51,204 bases of DNA from a virus (IMGVR_UViG_3300042196_000297:1-51204); one strand, 5' to 3'; shown: positions 37,533 to 46,140, numbered from the stretch's first letter. Notes: generated from the letters alone by a model not told the origin. Numbers and translations: made by a program.

Positions 37533-37946
37533 CTATCCGACATCGCCGCGACGCCACAGGGCCTCGTCGCGGTCGATAGTGACGCGTACCTGGTTGTTGA
37601 CCTGGACGGCGACCGAGGGCCCTTTCTCCGCCGACTTCGCGGCCTCCGAGGCCGAGCGCAGCAACACCGTCGCCGCCCGGACCCGCGTGCGCCATGCGAC
37701 CTTTCGCGCGGAGCCGTCGGGATTCTTGGCCAGCACGATCTGCGCCATCTCCGCCAGCACGGCGTCGTAGACGTTCGCGTCCGCGAGGCGAAGATGAGCC
37801 TCGGCCAAGCGGACCTGGAGCCGCGCGGTCTTGTCCTCCGTATCGCCGTGCGCGTCCAGCACTTCGCCCTGGCGGCCGTTGCCGAAGTACGCGGCCATGG
37901 GCGCCGGCGCCGCGTCGGGCGAGGGGTCGCGGGGATCGGGACTCAC
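37533..37946 (-). CDS. Terminase small subunit candidate
   Basis: AGGAGG RBS plus GTG; helical, 137 aa; directly upstream of terL. Confidence 0.5.
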   Translation of the reverse strand: MSPDPRDPSPDAAPAPMAAYFGNGRQGEVLDAHGDTEDKTARLQVRLAEAHLRLADANVYDAVLAEMAQIVLAKNPDGSARKVAWRTRVRAATVLLRSASEAAKSAEKGPSVAVQVNNQVRVTIDRDEALWRRGDVG

Positions 37947-37951
37947 GCCTC

Positions 37952-38692
37952 CTACACTACCACGCGCGGGACCTCGCGCACGATCTCCCCGTCCAACTCC
38001 TCGCCCGTACCCGGCCGAAAGCCAGGCGACTGCTTGAAGAAGAACGCGACGCCGGCCGCCTTGCAGCGGTCGCGCATCGAGCGCGCCCACGCCACGTCGT
38101 GCCCGCGGAACCCCGAGCCGCTCTCCCCGCCGTAGATGATCCAGTGAAGGCCCCCGAGCGGGAGCGCATCGAGTGGGCCGAGGGCCGGCTCGTACGACAC
38201 GAACCGCGTGAGCGCCGGGACTGCCGTGAGCGCGGCCGCACGCTCGAGCGCCCACGGTCCCTCGACCGTGGTCCCCAGCCACACGTGCGACCAGCCCTCG
38301 TCCCAGTCCGGCGGAAGCGCCTCGGCGATCGCCTGCGGGCGCTTCGTCAAGAGCAACCAGTCGAGCTCGGGCGTCTCCCGGATCAGGTCGAAGAGATCCG
38401 AGCGGATCGGATCAAGGTCCCGGCGCGGCTCGAACACATCGCAAAGCGAGCCGCAGAACACGCGCCGGCGCACGCCCTCGGCCGCGGCCTTCCGGGCCCA
38501 CGCGAAGGGCTGACGCCAGTACCCCGCGCTCGTGCGCTGACGGGGCGCCCGAGCCCCCCACAAGTCGAGCCCCATCCGGTTTTTCGTGAGCGCCGCCGCG
38601 TAGCAGTGCCGGCACCCCTCGCTCACCTTCACGCACCCCATCCACGGGTTGAAGGTCGCGTCCGTCCACGCGATCGCGCTTCGTTCGGCCAT
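37952..38692 (-). CDS. Phage Gp37/Gp68 (DUF5131) family protein
   Basis: SAIAWTDATFNPWMGCVKVSEGCRHCYA, LLTKRP, WIIYGGESG and FFFKQ motifs. Confidence 0.92.
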   Translation of the reverse strand: MAERSAIAWTDATFNPWMGCVKVSEGCRHCYAAALTKNRMGLDLWGARAPRQRTSAGYWRQPFAWARKAAAEGVRRRVFCGSLCDVFEPRRDLDPIRSDLFDLIRETPELDWLLLTKRPQAIAEALPPDWDEGWSHVWLGTTVEGPWALERAAALTAVPALTRFVSYEPALGPLDALPLGGLHWIIYGGESGSGFRGHDVAWARSMRDRCKAAGVAFFFKQSPGFRPGTGEELDGEIVREVPRVVV

Positions 38693-38699
38693 GCCTCCT

Positions 38700-38728
38700 A
38701 CCCTACCCGCCGAGGCCGCCCGCGTCAA
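38700..38728 (-). promoter_or_regulatory. Putative promoter (probably leaderless) for the DUF5131-terminase operon
   Basis: TTGACG-17 nt-TAGGGT, ending 7 nt before the ATG. Confidence 0.55.
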
Positions 38729-38744
38729 CCTAAATCCTTGGCTC

Positions 38745-39959
38745 CTAAGTAGTTGAGGACGTCACGACTTGTGCCCACCGTGCCCGGATCACATCGCACC
38801 GGGCCGGCTCGATCTCGGCCCCGAACCACGTCCCGCCAGCTTCCTGAGTCGCCACGAGGGAGGCGCCGCTACCCGCCGTGAGGTCAAGGACGGTGGGGGT
38901 CGGCGGCGCCGCCGCGAGAACGAGCAAGAGCCCGCGGACGTTCTTCCCACGGATGCCCATCGCGGGGCCGGCGAACCCGGGGCCCTCATGCGCGCCGAAC
39001 GGCTGGACGCTCATGGGCCGACCGTCCTCTGACCGGACGAGGCCCGCGATGCGCGCGAGGATCATCGCGTCCCACACTCTCGCCTTGCCGCCACGCCGAA
39101 GGACCACGACGCGCTCGTGCGTCGTACACGGCAGATAGGGACCGCCGGCGCCGTGAGCCGGTCCCGTAAAGATGAAGTCCATCCCTCCCCAACCCCCCAC
39201 GAGGCAGGCGCACTCGAAGGGCGGCAGGGACTTCCCCCGCCCGTACACCACCAACATCCGCGATGCCAAGATGGGCCACTGCGCGTAGTCGCTCTCGAAG
39301 GGCGGATCCACGATCTGAACCTCCGGCGTGGTCTCCTGAAGCAAGTGCCGCCGAACGTCCTCCTGCGTCGAGTCCCCGCAGATCAACCGATGCGGCCCAA
39401 GCAGCACCAGCTCCCCCGGCTTCGTCATCGGCTCGGCCGGCGGCTCCGGGACCGCGCCGTCCTCCACTACCGTGCGCGGGAACAGCTTACCCAGGTCAAC
39501 CTCGAGCGCCGGCAGCCGAAGGTCCCTCGCCAAGTCGGGCAGCGCCGCCTTGACCTCGCCGAGGATCGCCAGCGCGTCCGCCGTCCACTCGCCCGCGATG
39601 GCCGGGGAGTTGAGGGCAAGGTTCGCCGCCGCCTCCTCGTCCTCCGAGAGGTCCACGAGGACCACGTCCGTCTCGGTCACGCCGCGGGCCTCGAGCACTT
39701 TCGCCCGCTGGTGCCCCCCAACGATGCGGCCCGTGCGCTCGTTGACCACGATCGGCTGGACGAGGCCGAAGCGGTCGATGGACGCGCCCAGCCCCTTGAG
39801 GGCGGCATCGCTGATCGTCCGCGGGTTGCGCCCCCACGGCCGAAGGCCCGCCAGCCGGCGCGCCGCCCAACGCATCCGGCCGGGAGGCGGCGGGGCCCCC
39901 AGATCCCCCGACGCCGACACCGCGACCCCGTTCGACGGGGCCTCAGGGGGCTGATTCAT
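38745..39959 (-). CDS. ParB-like N-terminal domain fused to a DNA adenine methyltransferase
   Basis: NPR...SIDRFGLVQPIV...IVGGHQR; HRLICGDST; DPPF; VLDLTAGSG. Confidence 0.85.
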   Translation of the reverse strand: MNQPPEAPSNGVAVSASGDLGAPPPPGRMRWAARRLAGLRPWGRNPRTISDAALKGLGASIDRFGLVQPIVVNERTGRIVGGHQRAKVLEARGVTETDVVLVDLSEDEEAAANLALNSPAIAGEWTADALAILGEVKAALPDLARDLRLPALEVDLGKLFPRTVVEDGAVPEPPAEPMTKPGELVLLGPHRLICGDSTQEDVRRHLLQETTPEVQIVDPPFESDYAQWPILASRMLVVYGRGKSLPPFECACLVGGWGGMDFIFTGPAHGAGGPYLPCTTHERVVVLRRGGKARVWDAMILARIAGLVRSEDGRPMSVQPFGAHEGPGFAGPAMGIRGKNVRGLLLVLAAAPPTPTVLDLTAGSGASLVATQEAGGTWFGAEIEPARCDVIRARWAQVVTSSTT

Positions 39960-40040
39960 AGGCGGAGTCTACCGCGGGAGGCGTGGCAAGGGGCTAGGGT
40001 TTTTGCCAGGGGGGCCGGGAAACGCCCCAGGTTTGGGGTA

Positions 40041-40225
40041 GGGGAGGATGGGGAGTATGGTTCCGGCCCTTAACGCGCGAGAGAGAAAAATGTATAGGGC
40101 TGGAAGTATGCTCCCTATTCTCCCCATCCTCCCCGGTTTGAGCACAAAATCGGGGAGGATGGTCATGGCGGGCTGCCCGACTCCCACAGGGTCGGGGTCT
40201 GGGAGGGGTCAGATAGGGGAGGATG
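40041..40225. repeat. Origin-like iterons and inverted repeat at the 3' end of the primase gene
   Basis: GGGGAGGATG at 40041, 40152 and 40216, inverted at 40125-40134. A 15-bp inverted repeat (40041-40055 / 40120-40134) flanks an A-rich core. Confidence 0.6.
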
Positions 40226-42574
40226 CTCCCCTAGGTTCGCGGGGCGGTCTTGGGGGCTGACGACCATCCAGAGAACGGCGCTGTGAGAGGTGCCAGCCGA
40301 GCGGAAAGTGAGGCCGCTCACGATCCTACCGGCGGCCCCCCGGAGGGCGTATCCGAGGCGCCGGCTGTCGAGCTTGTCGGTGGGGGTCCGGGCGAATTCG
40401 GCGAGGGCGGCCGCAAGGGAGGGGCTGGTTTTCGCGCGGTCGATGGCCTGAGCGGTGGTTGAGGGCCCGGTCCCGAACGTCTCCCTCCAGGCACCAAGGG
40501 CGCCTCGGAGGCCGGCGATGTCCTCGTCACCCTCCTCACGGACGCGAGCCGTCGTATCAAGAGGGTCTTCGAGGCCAGCCCAGAGGAGGGCGCCGCGGAT
40601 GAGGTCGTCCCACATCTTGAACGAGCCTCTCGGCGCCTTCCCGTGTGTTGGCCGCCCGGCGACGTGGTAGGCCCGGAGAAGGGTCAGGGCCGCGCAGACC
40701 AGCTCTTCGCGGTGCTCGAGGAGATGGCTGAGGAGGTCGGGATGCTTCCAACCCGTACGGTCCTCGGGATGCTCGCAACGCGGGTCGAGGTCGATCGGGA
40801 TGACACGCCGGCCGAGCTCGCCCGCGAATCGCATGTTGTTGCCGGTCGCCATCCAGGTCATGCCGGTCAGGTCCACGGTGACCTGGCGCTGGACGCCGAG
40901 GACGCGGTCGGAGAACGTCTTGGCCGTGAGCGCGGCGGAGAGGGTAGTTGAGTTGAGGATGCCGGGGATGTTGTCGAGGAGAATGGGGCCCGTGCCGGCG
41001 AGGCCGAGGGTGACGAGGCGCTTTCGGACTTCGTCGTCTTCCCGTGGCATGGTCCAGCGGGTAGCGGGTCGGCCGGTGGCGAGGACGGAGATGGAGTCGG
41101 CGAGGAGGGTCTTTCCGGAGCCCGGGGTGGGGGCGCGGAAGGCGAAGAGGGGGGCCGGGTCTGGGATGGCATACCGGACGATGGTGGTCAAGAGTGCGGC
41201 AGCGAAGGCGGAGAGATCCGAGAGCGAGAGCCACGGGAAGTCGCAGAAGGGGGAGAGGAGAGCATCGAGAGCGGCCGCGCCGTCGGCATGGGAGGGCGTC
41301 TTGGGGATGACTTGGAAATGCGCGGTGCCTGGGACGTAGAGCAGGCCGCTTGCGTCGTCGTAACCTTGGGTCTGTACGATGGTTCCATCGTGTAACAGGG
41401 TTGGGCATTCTACGATGCCCTCGAGAGGTGGGAAAGGCCAGTCTCCACGGGACAGAAGGGTCTCGGCCACCCAAGGAGGCGGGAGTGTGTGTCGTGACTC
41501 GCCGTCGGCGGAGCGCTTAACCCACTTCGCGGCTCGGTCGAGGCGCTCACGGAGCCAGGGTCCGTCGGCCTCGATGATGACGGGCGAGCCCTGCGGTCGT
41601 TGGATGCCCTTGGGCGGACGGGCTGCTTCGTAGGTGACGCGGACGAGGCGACGGGCTCGGACGTAGATGCGGCTCGGGGAGAGGTCGGAGAGGAGCACGG
41701 CTTCGGCTTCGTCCGTGACGGGCGCGAGCTCGAGGCGGGCGATGATGGTGGGACGCGCGTCGTCGGCTGCCGTTCTCTTCCTCGGCGGCGGGTAGGGCTC
41801 GGCAGCTTGCAGAAGCGCATCAAGCATTTCCCGCGTCCCGCCGCGGGCTACGAAATCGGCGGCGTCGTCACCTTCCTCGCGTACGCCGGTCCACCGGATT
41901 CGCCTTGGGTCAACGCCGACCGCCTGAAGACCCTCGGCCAGGTGGGTAGCGTGCTTGTAGCCCGGGGCGTCATGGTCGGGCCAGACGTAGACCGTGCGAC
42001 CCTCGATGGGCGTCAAGCTCGTGCTTGAGGGACAGCCATCGGCGCCCGTGACGGTAGCGAGCACGAGCAGGTCGTCGCCCGCGAGGCCGGTCAGGGCGTC
42101 GGCTGCTTTCTCGCCCTCGACCAGGATGACCGCCGCACCCGAGGGCAGCCGGGCCAATCGTTCGATGCCGTAGAGCGGGAGAATGGCGCTCCGAAGGCCC
42201 GCGAGACCCTTCCGTCCGTCCCGCTCCCACCAGATCCGCTTGCTGCCGTCGAGATGGTCGGTCCGGTGGTGGCGAGCGATGAGAGTTCCGGTCGGATCGC
42301 GGATGTCGTAGACGCGGGTCTGGAGGATGGGGCTTCCCGTGGTGGGGCCCGACCGTGGCGGGAAGCAGTCTTTCTCGGACCATCCGAGCGGGGTGAGGAT
42401 CGTGACGAGGGCGCAGCCGGCGTGGCACTTGGCGAGGAGGCGTCCGTCCTCGCCCTCGTCGAAAGAGAGGGAGGCGTGGCGATCGTCGTGGCCCGGGCAG
42501 CGTGCGCTCTTGCCGTTGGGGTGGCAGCCGTGGGCCTCGAGGGCGGCTCGGAAACGCTCGAGGATAGCGCCCAT
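40163..42574 (-). CDS. DNA primase-helicase (Zn finger + TOPRIM + P-loop)
   Basis: CPGHDD...CHAGC; VEGEKAADAL; WPDHDAPG; GDDAAD; APTPGSGKT; LLDN. Confidence 0.88.
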   Translation of the reverse strand: MGAILERFRAALEAHGCHPNGKSARCPGHDDRHASLSFDEGEDGRLLAKCHAGCALVTILTPLGWSEKDCFPPRSGPTTGSPILQTRVYDIRDPTGTLIARHHRTDHLDGSKRIWWERDGRKGLAGLRSAILPLYGIERLARLPSGAAVILVEGEKAADALTGLAGDDLLVLATVTGADGCPSSTSLTPIEGRTVYVWPDHDAPGYKHATHLAEGLQAVGVDPRRIRWTGVREEGDDAADFVARGGTREMLDALLQAAEPYPPPRKRTAADDARPTIIARLELAPVTDEAEAVLLSDLSPSRIYVRARRLVRVTYEAARPPKGIQRPQGSPVIIEADGPWLRERLDRAAKWVKRSADGESRHTLPPPWVAETLLSRGDWPFPPLEGIVECPTLLHDGTIVQTQGYDDASGLLYVPGTAHFQVIPKTPSHADGAAALDALLSPFCDFPWLSLSDLSAFAAALLTTIVRYAIPDPAPLFAFRAPTPGSGKTLLADSISVLATGRPATRWTMPREDDEVRKRLVTLGLAGTGPILLDNIPGILNSTTLSAALTAKTFSDRVLGVQRQVTVDLTGMTWMATGNNMRFAGELGRRVIPIDLDPRCEHPEDRTGWKHPDLLSHLLEHREELVCAALTLLRAYHVAGRPTHGKAPRGSFKMWDDLIRGALLWAGLEDPLDTTARVREEGDEDIAGLRGALGAWRETFGTGPSTTAQAIDRAKTSPSLAAALAEFARTPTDKLDSRRLGYALRGAAGRIVSGLTFRSAGTSHSAVLWMVVSPQDRPANLGEHPPLSDPSQTPTLWESGSPP

Positions 42575-43116
42575 CAGAGGCTCGCGGCGAATGCCTGCCA
42601 GGCGTCGAGAACATCCCGGGCGAGATAGACGGTCGAGGCGAGGCGGAGAACGAACCAAGCGTCGCGGGACCACGCGATGGGTTGGCGAGTGTCGAGGGCG
42701 AGGAAGATGGGACGGCCGAGGGCGGCGGCGAAACCCATCTCGGCGAAGGTTCCGTAGGCCGAGGGATTCTCGACGAAGGCGAAGACCCGCTCGGCGCGGG
42801 CGATGCCGGCGAGGCTTCTCCGGACGACGTCGATCTCGGGGTCGGCGACGCCGCCGTCCGTGGAGGGGAGTCCCACGCCGACGCCGTGCGTGCCTGGGCC
42901 GTGCCAGCATCCGTGGTCGCACGAGATGAAGAAGGGCCCGGTGTAGGCGACGAGGAAGCCTCCGGGCGCGGTGACGCTCACGCTTTCAGGCGGGGGGTTG
43001 CCGGGAAGTCGTGCTTGGCGAAGATCGGGAAAGAGGGTTAATCGCCAGTCGTCGGAGCTGATCTTGCCGGCGAAGTAGAGCGGGAGGCCGGCGGAGGTGG
43101 CCGTGGGGTCAAGCAT
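42574..43116 (-). CDS. Nucleoside 2-deoxyribosyltransferase-like protein
   Basis: LYFAG and IARAERVFA...YGTFAEMGFAAALGRPI NDT signature. Confidence 0.75.
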   Translation of the reverse strand: MLDPTATSAGLPLYFAGKISSDDWRLTLFPDLRQARLPGNPPPESVSVTAPGGFLVAYTGPFFISCDHGCWHGPGTHGVGVGLPSTDGGVADPEIDVVRRSLAGIARAERVFAFVENPSAYGTFAEMGFAAALGRPIFLALDTRQPIAWSRDAWFVLRLASTVYLARDVLDAWQAFAASL

Positions 43117-43313
43117 GCTGGGCTCCCCAGAGCGAGCCCGAAGGCTCGCGGAGGACGTAGGTCCCTCATCCGAGCCCGCCCCGCGGGGTTCCCGGGTGGT
43201 GTGCGCCAGACCAGGACGCCGTGAGGCGGAGAGAGGCGGGGCGGGGTCGGAGGGGGGCTAGGCGGGCTGACCATGGCGCACGTCCCCAGGATGCCCCTTC
43301 TCGCCGGCGCGAG

Positions 43314-43865
43314 TCAAGGGTTTTCCGGTGGGAGGCGCATGATCTCCTCGGGCGTCCCCCCGTACTCGGGGTAGCGCTCGGCCCAGGCGGGGTCGAGGCG
43401 GGCGAAGGGGATGAGGGGCAGGGCTCGCATGGCGGCCGTGACGTCCTCGGCCTGGGGCTTGCCGGCGGCGTCGAGGACGAACCGCTCGACGTCGGGCTCA
43501 CGGGCGTTCGGGCGCCAGGTGACGAGCAGGGCTGCGTTCTTGGCGCGGAGGATCATGGGGAGGTTGGGAGAGAGGCGCATGTGCTCGCGGTGGCCGGCGC
43601 GGTTGCTGCTCGAGGTGACCTGGACGTAGACAACGCCGGGGCGTGGGCGGGCGGAGGGCAGGCCCGGGAGCGTGGTCGAGGGCGCGGGCTGGGCGGTGTC
43701 GATGGCCTCGAGGTCGAAGAGTCCCCAGAGGTCGCGCTTGACGTGGCGATCGGGGCGGAGGCCGTCGGAGGGGATGAGAAAGTAGCTCTCGACGTTGGCG
43801 ACGGCGAATCCGCGGGCGCGGAGCCAGGAGGCGGTTTTGGAGGCGAGGGGGCGGGGGTGGGGCAT
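43314..43865 (-). CDS. PD-(D/E)xK-like nuclease (resolvase-like)
   Basis: LRARGF.V..VE...KRDLWGLFDLEAI...YVQVT pattern. Confidence 0.65.
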   Translation of the reverse strand: MPHPRPLASKTASWLRARGFAVANVESYFLIPSDGLRPDRHVKRDLWGLFDLEAIDTAQPAPSTTLPGLPSARPRPGVVYVQVTSSSNRAGHREHMRLSPNLPMILRAKNAALLVTWRPNAREPDVERFVLDAAGKPQAEDVTAAMRALPLIPFARLDPAWAERYPEYGGTPEEIMRLPPENP

Positions 43866-43887
43866 GGGGGGTCTTGGTCGGTCGTGG

Positions 43888-44292
43888 GTCGTGGGAACGA
43901 AGCCCCCACGCAGGCATTGAAGGGGACCGACGGCTCTTCGCCGAGTACGAGAGACGGTGGTCGTGGGAACGAAGCCCCCACGCAGGCATTGAAGGTTGTC
44001 GTGCACGCTTTGAACACGACGGGCATGGGCAGTCGTGGGAACGAAGCCCCCACGCAGGCATTGAAGGCGCGGGAGAGCCGGCGGGCCAGCGCCGCCGGCG
44101 TCGACGTCGTGGGAACGAAGCCCCCACGCAGGCATTGAAGGAGGTCGGGAAGAGCACGTACACCTACGGCGTGATCCTCCGGTCGTGGGAACGAAGCCCC
44201 CACGCAGGCATTGAAGGTCGGCTCAGCAATTCCTGGAGATCCCCAGTGGCAACTACGTCGTGGGAACGAAGCCCCCACGCAGGCATTGAAGG
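43888..44292 (-). CRISPR. CRISPR array: 6 identical 36-bp repeats (minus strand CCTTCAATGCCTGCGTGGGGGCTTCGTTCCCACGAC) and 5 spacers
   Basis: Repeats start at 43888, 43960, 44032, 44106, 44182 and 44257. Unique spacers are 36, 36, 38, 40 and 39 nt. Stem CGTGGG/CCCACG. Confidence 0.98.
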
Positions 44293-44432
44293 AGCGGGCC
44301 CGCTAACTCCGCGCGCCAGCACGAAATGCGCGTGTGCCTGCGAGAGGGTCCGGAAACCGAGGCCGACGACGGCCGTCGAAGTGCCCGAAACGGCCGTAAC
44401 TCCTTGCCCCGCCGGGCGCGAGCGATCATGGT
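44293..44432 (-). promoter_or_regulatory. Putative CRISPR leader
   Basis: 140-nt non-coding gap between the effector stop and the first repeat; GGAGTTA occurs twice. Confidence 0.55.
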
Positions 44433-46136
44433 TCACGTCGTCACCACCGGGGCGCTCGCGGCCAAACCCGCCCGCAGCAGGTTCTCCGCGGCCATCGCGT
44501 CCTGGTCGTACTGCTCGCCGCACCGCGAGCAGACGTGGAACAGCGAACGCCGATCCCACGTCTCCATCGAGCCGCAGCGGTGGAGCGTCGTCGTGTGCGC
44601 GGCGGGCACCCAGCGGGTCTCGGCCATCGCCTCCTCGACGCACCGTCGCAGGTCCGAGAGACAAGCGTCGCGGACGTGCGCGCGAAGTTCCGCCTCGGCC
44701 GGCGGCTCCTCGGGCGGCGGGAGGACGTGGAAGTCCCGGAGGTCCATTTTCTCCATCGTCGCTACACCGTAGCGCTTCGCCAGGTCCACTGCGAACCGGC
44801 GGTAGAGGTCGCGGCGCCGGCCCGCGAGCTGGTCCCGCAACTGCGCCTCGAACTCGTAGAGATGGCGGTCGCGCTTGCGCCACGCTTCCGCGGCGGCGAA
44901 CGCTTCGGCGTCGCCGTCGAAGCGCTTTCCGCGCCACGCGATGACGAGTCGGGCGAGGCGCCTGGGAGCCCGCCATTGAGGGAGCGTCGCGGCCTCCTCG
45001 GCCATCCACGCGGGGAGCGTCCCGGCCGCGCGCCAAGAGGCGATCACATCGCGCACGAGGTCCCGCGCGGCGTTGAAGTCCTGATCGCGGACCGAGCGGA
45101 TTCGTCGCGTGCGGGTCTGCTCGCCGAGCCAGTCGGCGGGAAGGGTCAGTTCGCCCTCGGCACCCGTCTCGTCGCGCCAGTACGCAACGCGGAGTTCGCC
45201 CGAGGGACGGAGCCGCCACCCGACATCGAGCCCGACGACCCCCTGACCGCGACGACCGGGCCAAGCGGCGCGGGCGAGCGCGAGTTGGAGCGACCATCGG
45301 TAGTGCGTGCCCACGCGGCGACGGATGAGATGGGCGCGTTTCACCCGCGCGTCGGGCGGGGGGAAGCGATGGACCACGAGCGGGAAGCGCGCCCAGACGG
45401 GCTCGCGGTCCAGTGACGCCACGCGAACCCACGCCTGGGTGTGGACACGACGGGACTTGCGGCCATCCTCGGCCGGGGGGAGGGGGGCGTCGATCCGCAC
45501 GAGGGTGCCGTCCCCTCCGAAGACATCCGCGACGGACAGGCCGTTGATCGCGTGGGCCATGAGATGCCCGCCGCCATCCCATCCCCTGAAGCGCGGAGGA
45601 GCCCCGCGACGGAAGGAGGCCGCGGACTCCTCGACGTGGAGGTAGGTGCCCCAGTAGAGGCCCGACGCAGCACGCAGGCGCTTCTGCTCGGCGGAGGTCC
45701 AGATGTTAATGGCCTCCTGTTCCGCCGTCCAGGGCTCGGAGGCGAAGAGAGCGGAGCGCAGCGCCTTGCGGCGCGCTCGCGCGTCCTTGAGGGCCACGCG
45801 GGCGGCCTTCGCCTCGGCCTTCTGCGGGGGCGTCGCCACCCGCGCCCGCTGGCGGGCGTTCTCGGTCGTGATGTCGCGTCGCGCGAACCCGAGTGCGGCC
45901 TCGGCGTCCGCCACGGCTTGCTCGGCCGCGACAAGGTCGGGCGAGAGGCGACGGAGCGCCTCATCGGTCTTTGCGCGTCGAGCCAGCTCGAGCTCGACAA
46001 GCGCGTTGCGGTAGCGGGCGGCGAGGCGCATCTGCTCGATGGCGGTCTCGCGGCCCGGGAAGGCGGAGTGCTTGCCCTCCATGTGGCCGGTGCCGTAGGT
46101 CCAGAGGTGGGTGGGGAGCGAGTCGTGTCCGTACAT
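44433..46136 (-). CDS. cas12m: Type V CRISPR effector, Cas12m (V-M, formerly V-U1/C2c4)-like, 567 aa
   Basis: EQMRLA..YRNALV, long coiled coil, GLYWGTY, WDGGG, VHR, RuvC-I GLDVGWR, QWRAP, RRDLYR, RuvC-II TMEKMD, Zn site HRCG...CSRC, RuvC-III YDQD; adjacent to the array. Confidence 0.85.
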   Translation of the reverse strand: MYGHDSLPTHLWTYGTGHMEGKHSAFPGRETAIEQMRLAARYRNALVELELARRAKTDEALRRLSPDLVAAEQAVADAEAALGFARRDITTENARQRARVATPPQKAEAKAARVALKDARARRKALRSALFASEPWTAEQEAINIWTSAEQKRLRAASGLYWGTYLHVEESAASFRRGAPPRFRGWDGGGHLMAHAINGLSVADVFGGDGTLVRIDAPLPPAEDGRKSRRVHTQAWVRVASLDREPVWARFPLVVHRFPPPDARVKRAHLIRRRVGTHYRWSLQLALARAAWPGRRGQGVVGLDVGWRLRPSGELRVAYWRDETGAEGELTLPADWLGEQTRTRRIRSVRDQDFNAARDLVRDVIASWRAAGTLPAWMAEEAATLPQWRAPRRLARLVIAWRGKRFDGDAEAFAAAEAWRKRDRHLYEFEAQLRDQLAGRRRDLYRRFAVDLAKRYGVATMEKMDLRDFHVLPPPEEPPAEAELRAHVRDACLSDLRRCVEEAMAETRWVPAAHTTTLHRCGSMETWDRRSLFHVCSRCGEQYDQDAMAAENLLRAGLAASAPVVTT

Positions 46137-46140
46137 GGGC

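Noticed and set aside
43314-44944. ORFs running through the CRISPR array
   Set aside because: They are translations of the repeats; the real nuclease gene starts at 43865.
44433-46136. IS200/IS605 TnpB transposon
   Set aside because: No TnpA or IS ends seen; the protein is larger, has the Cas12m-type coiled-coil insertion and abuts a CRISPR array.
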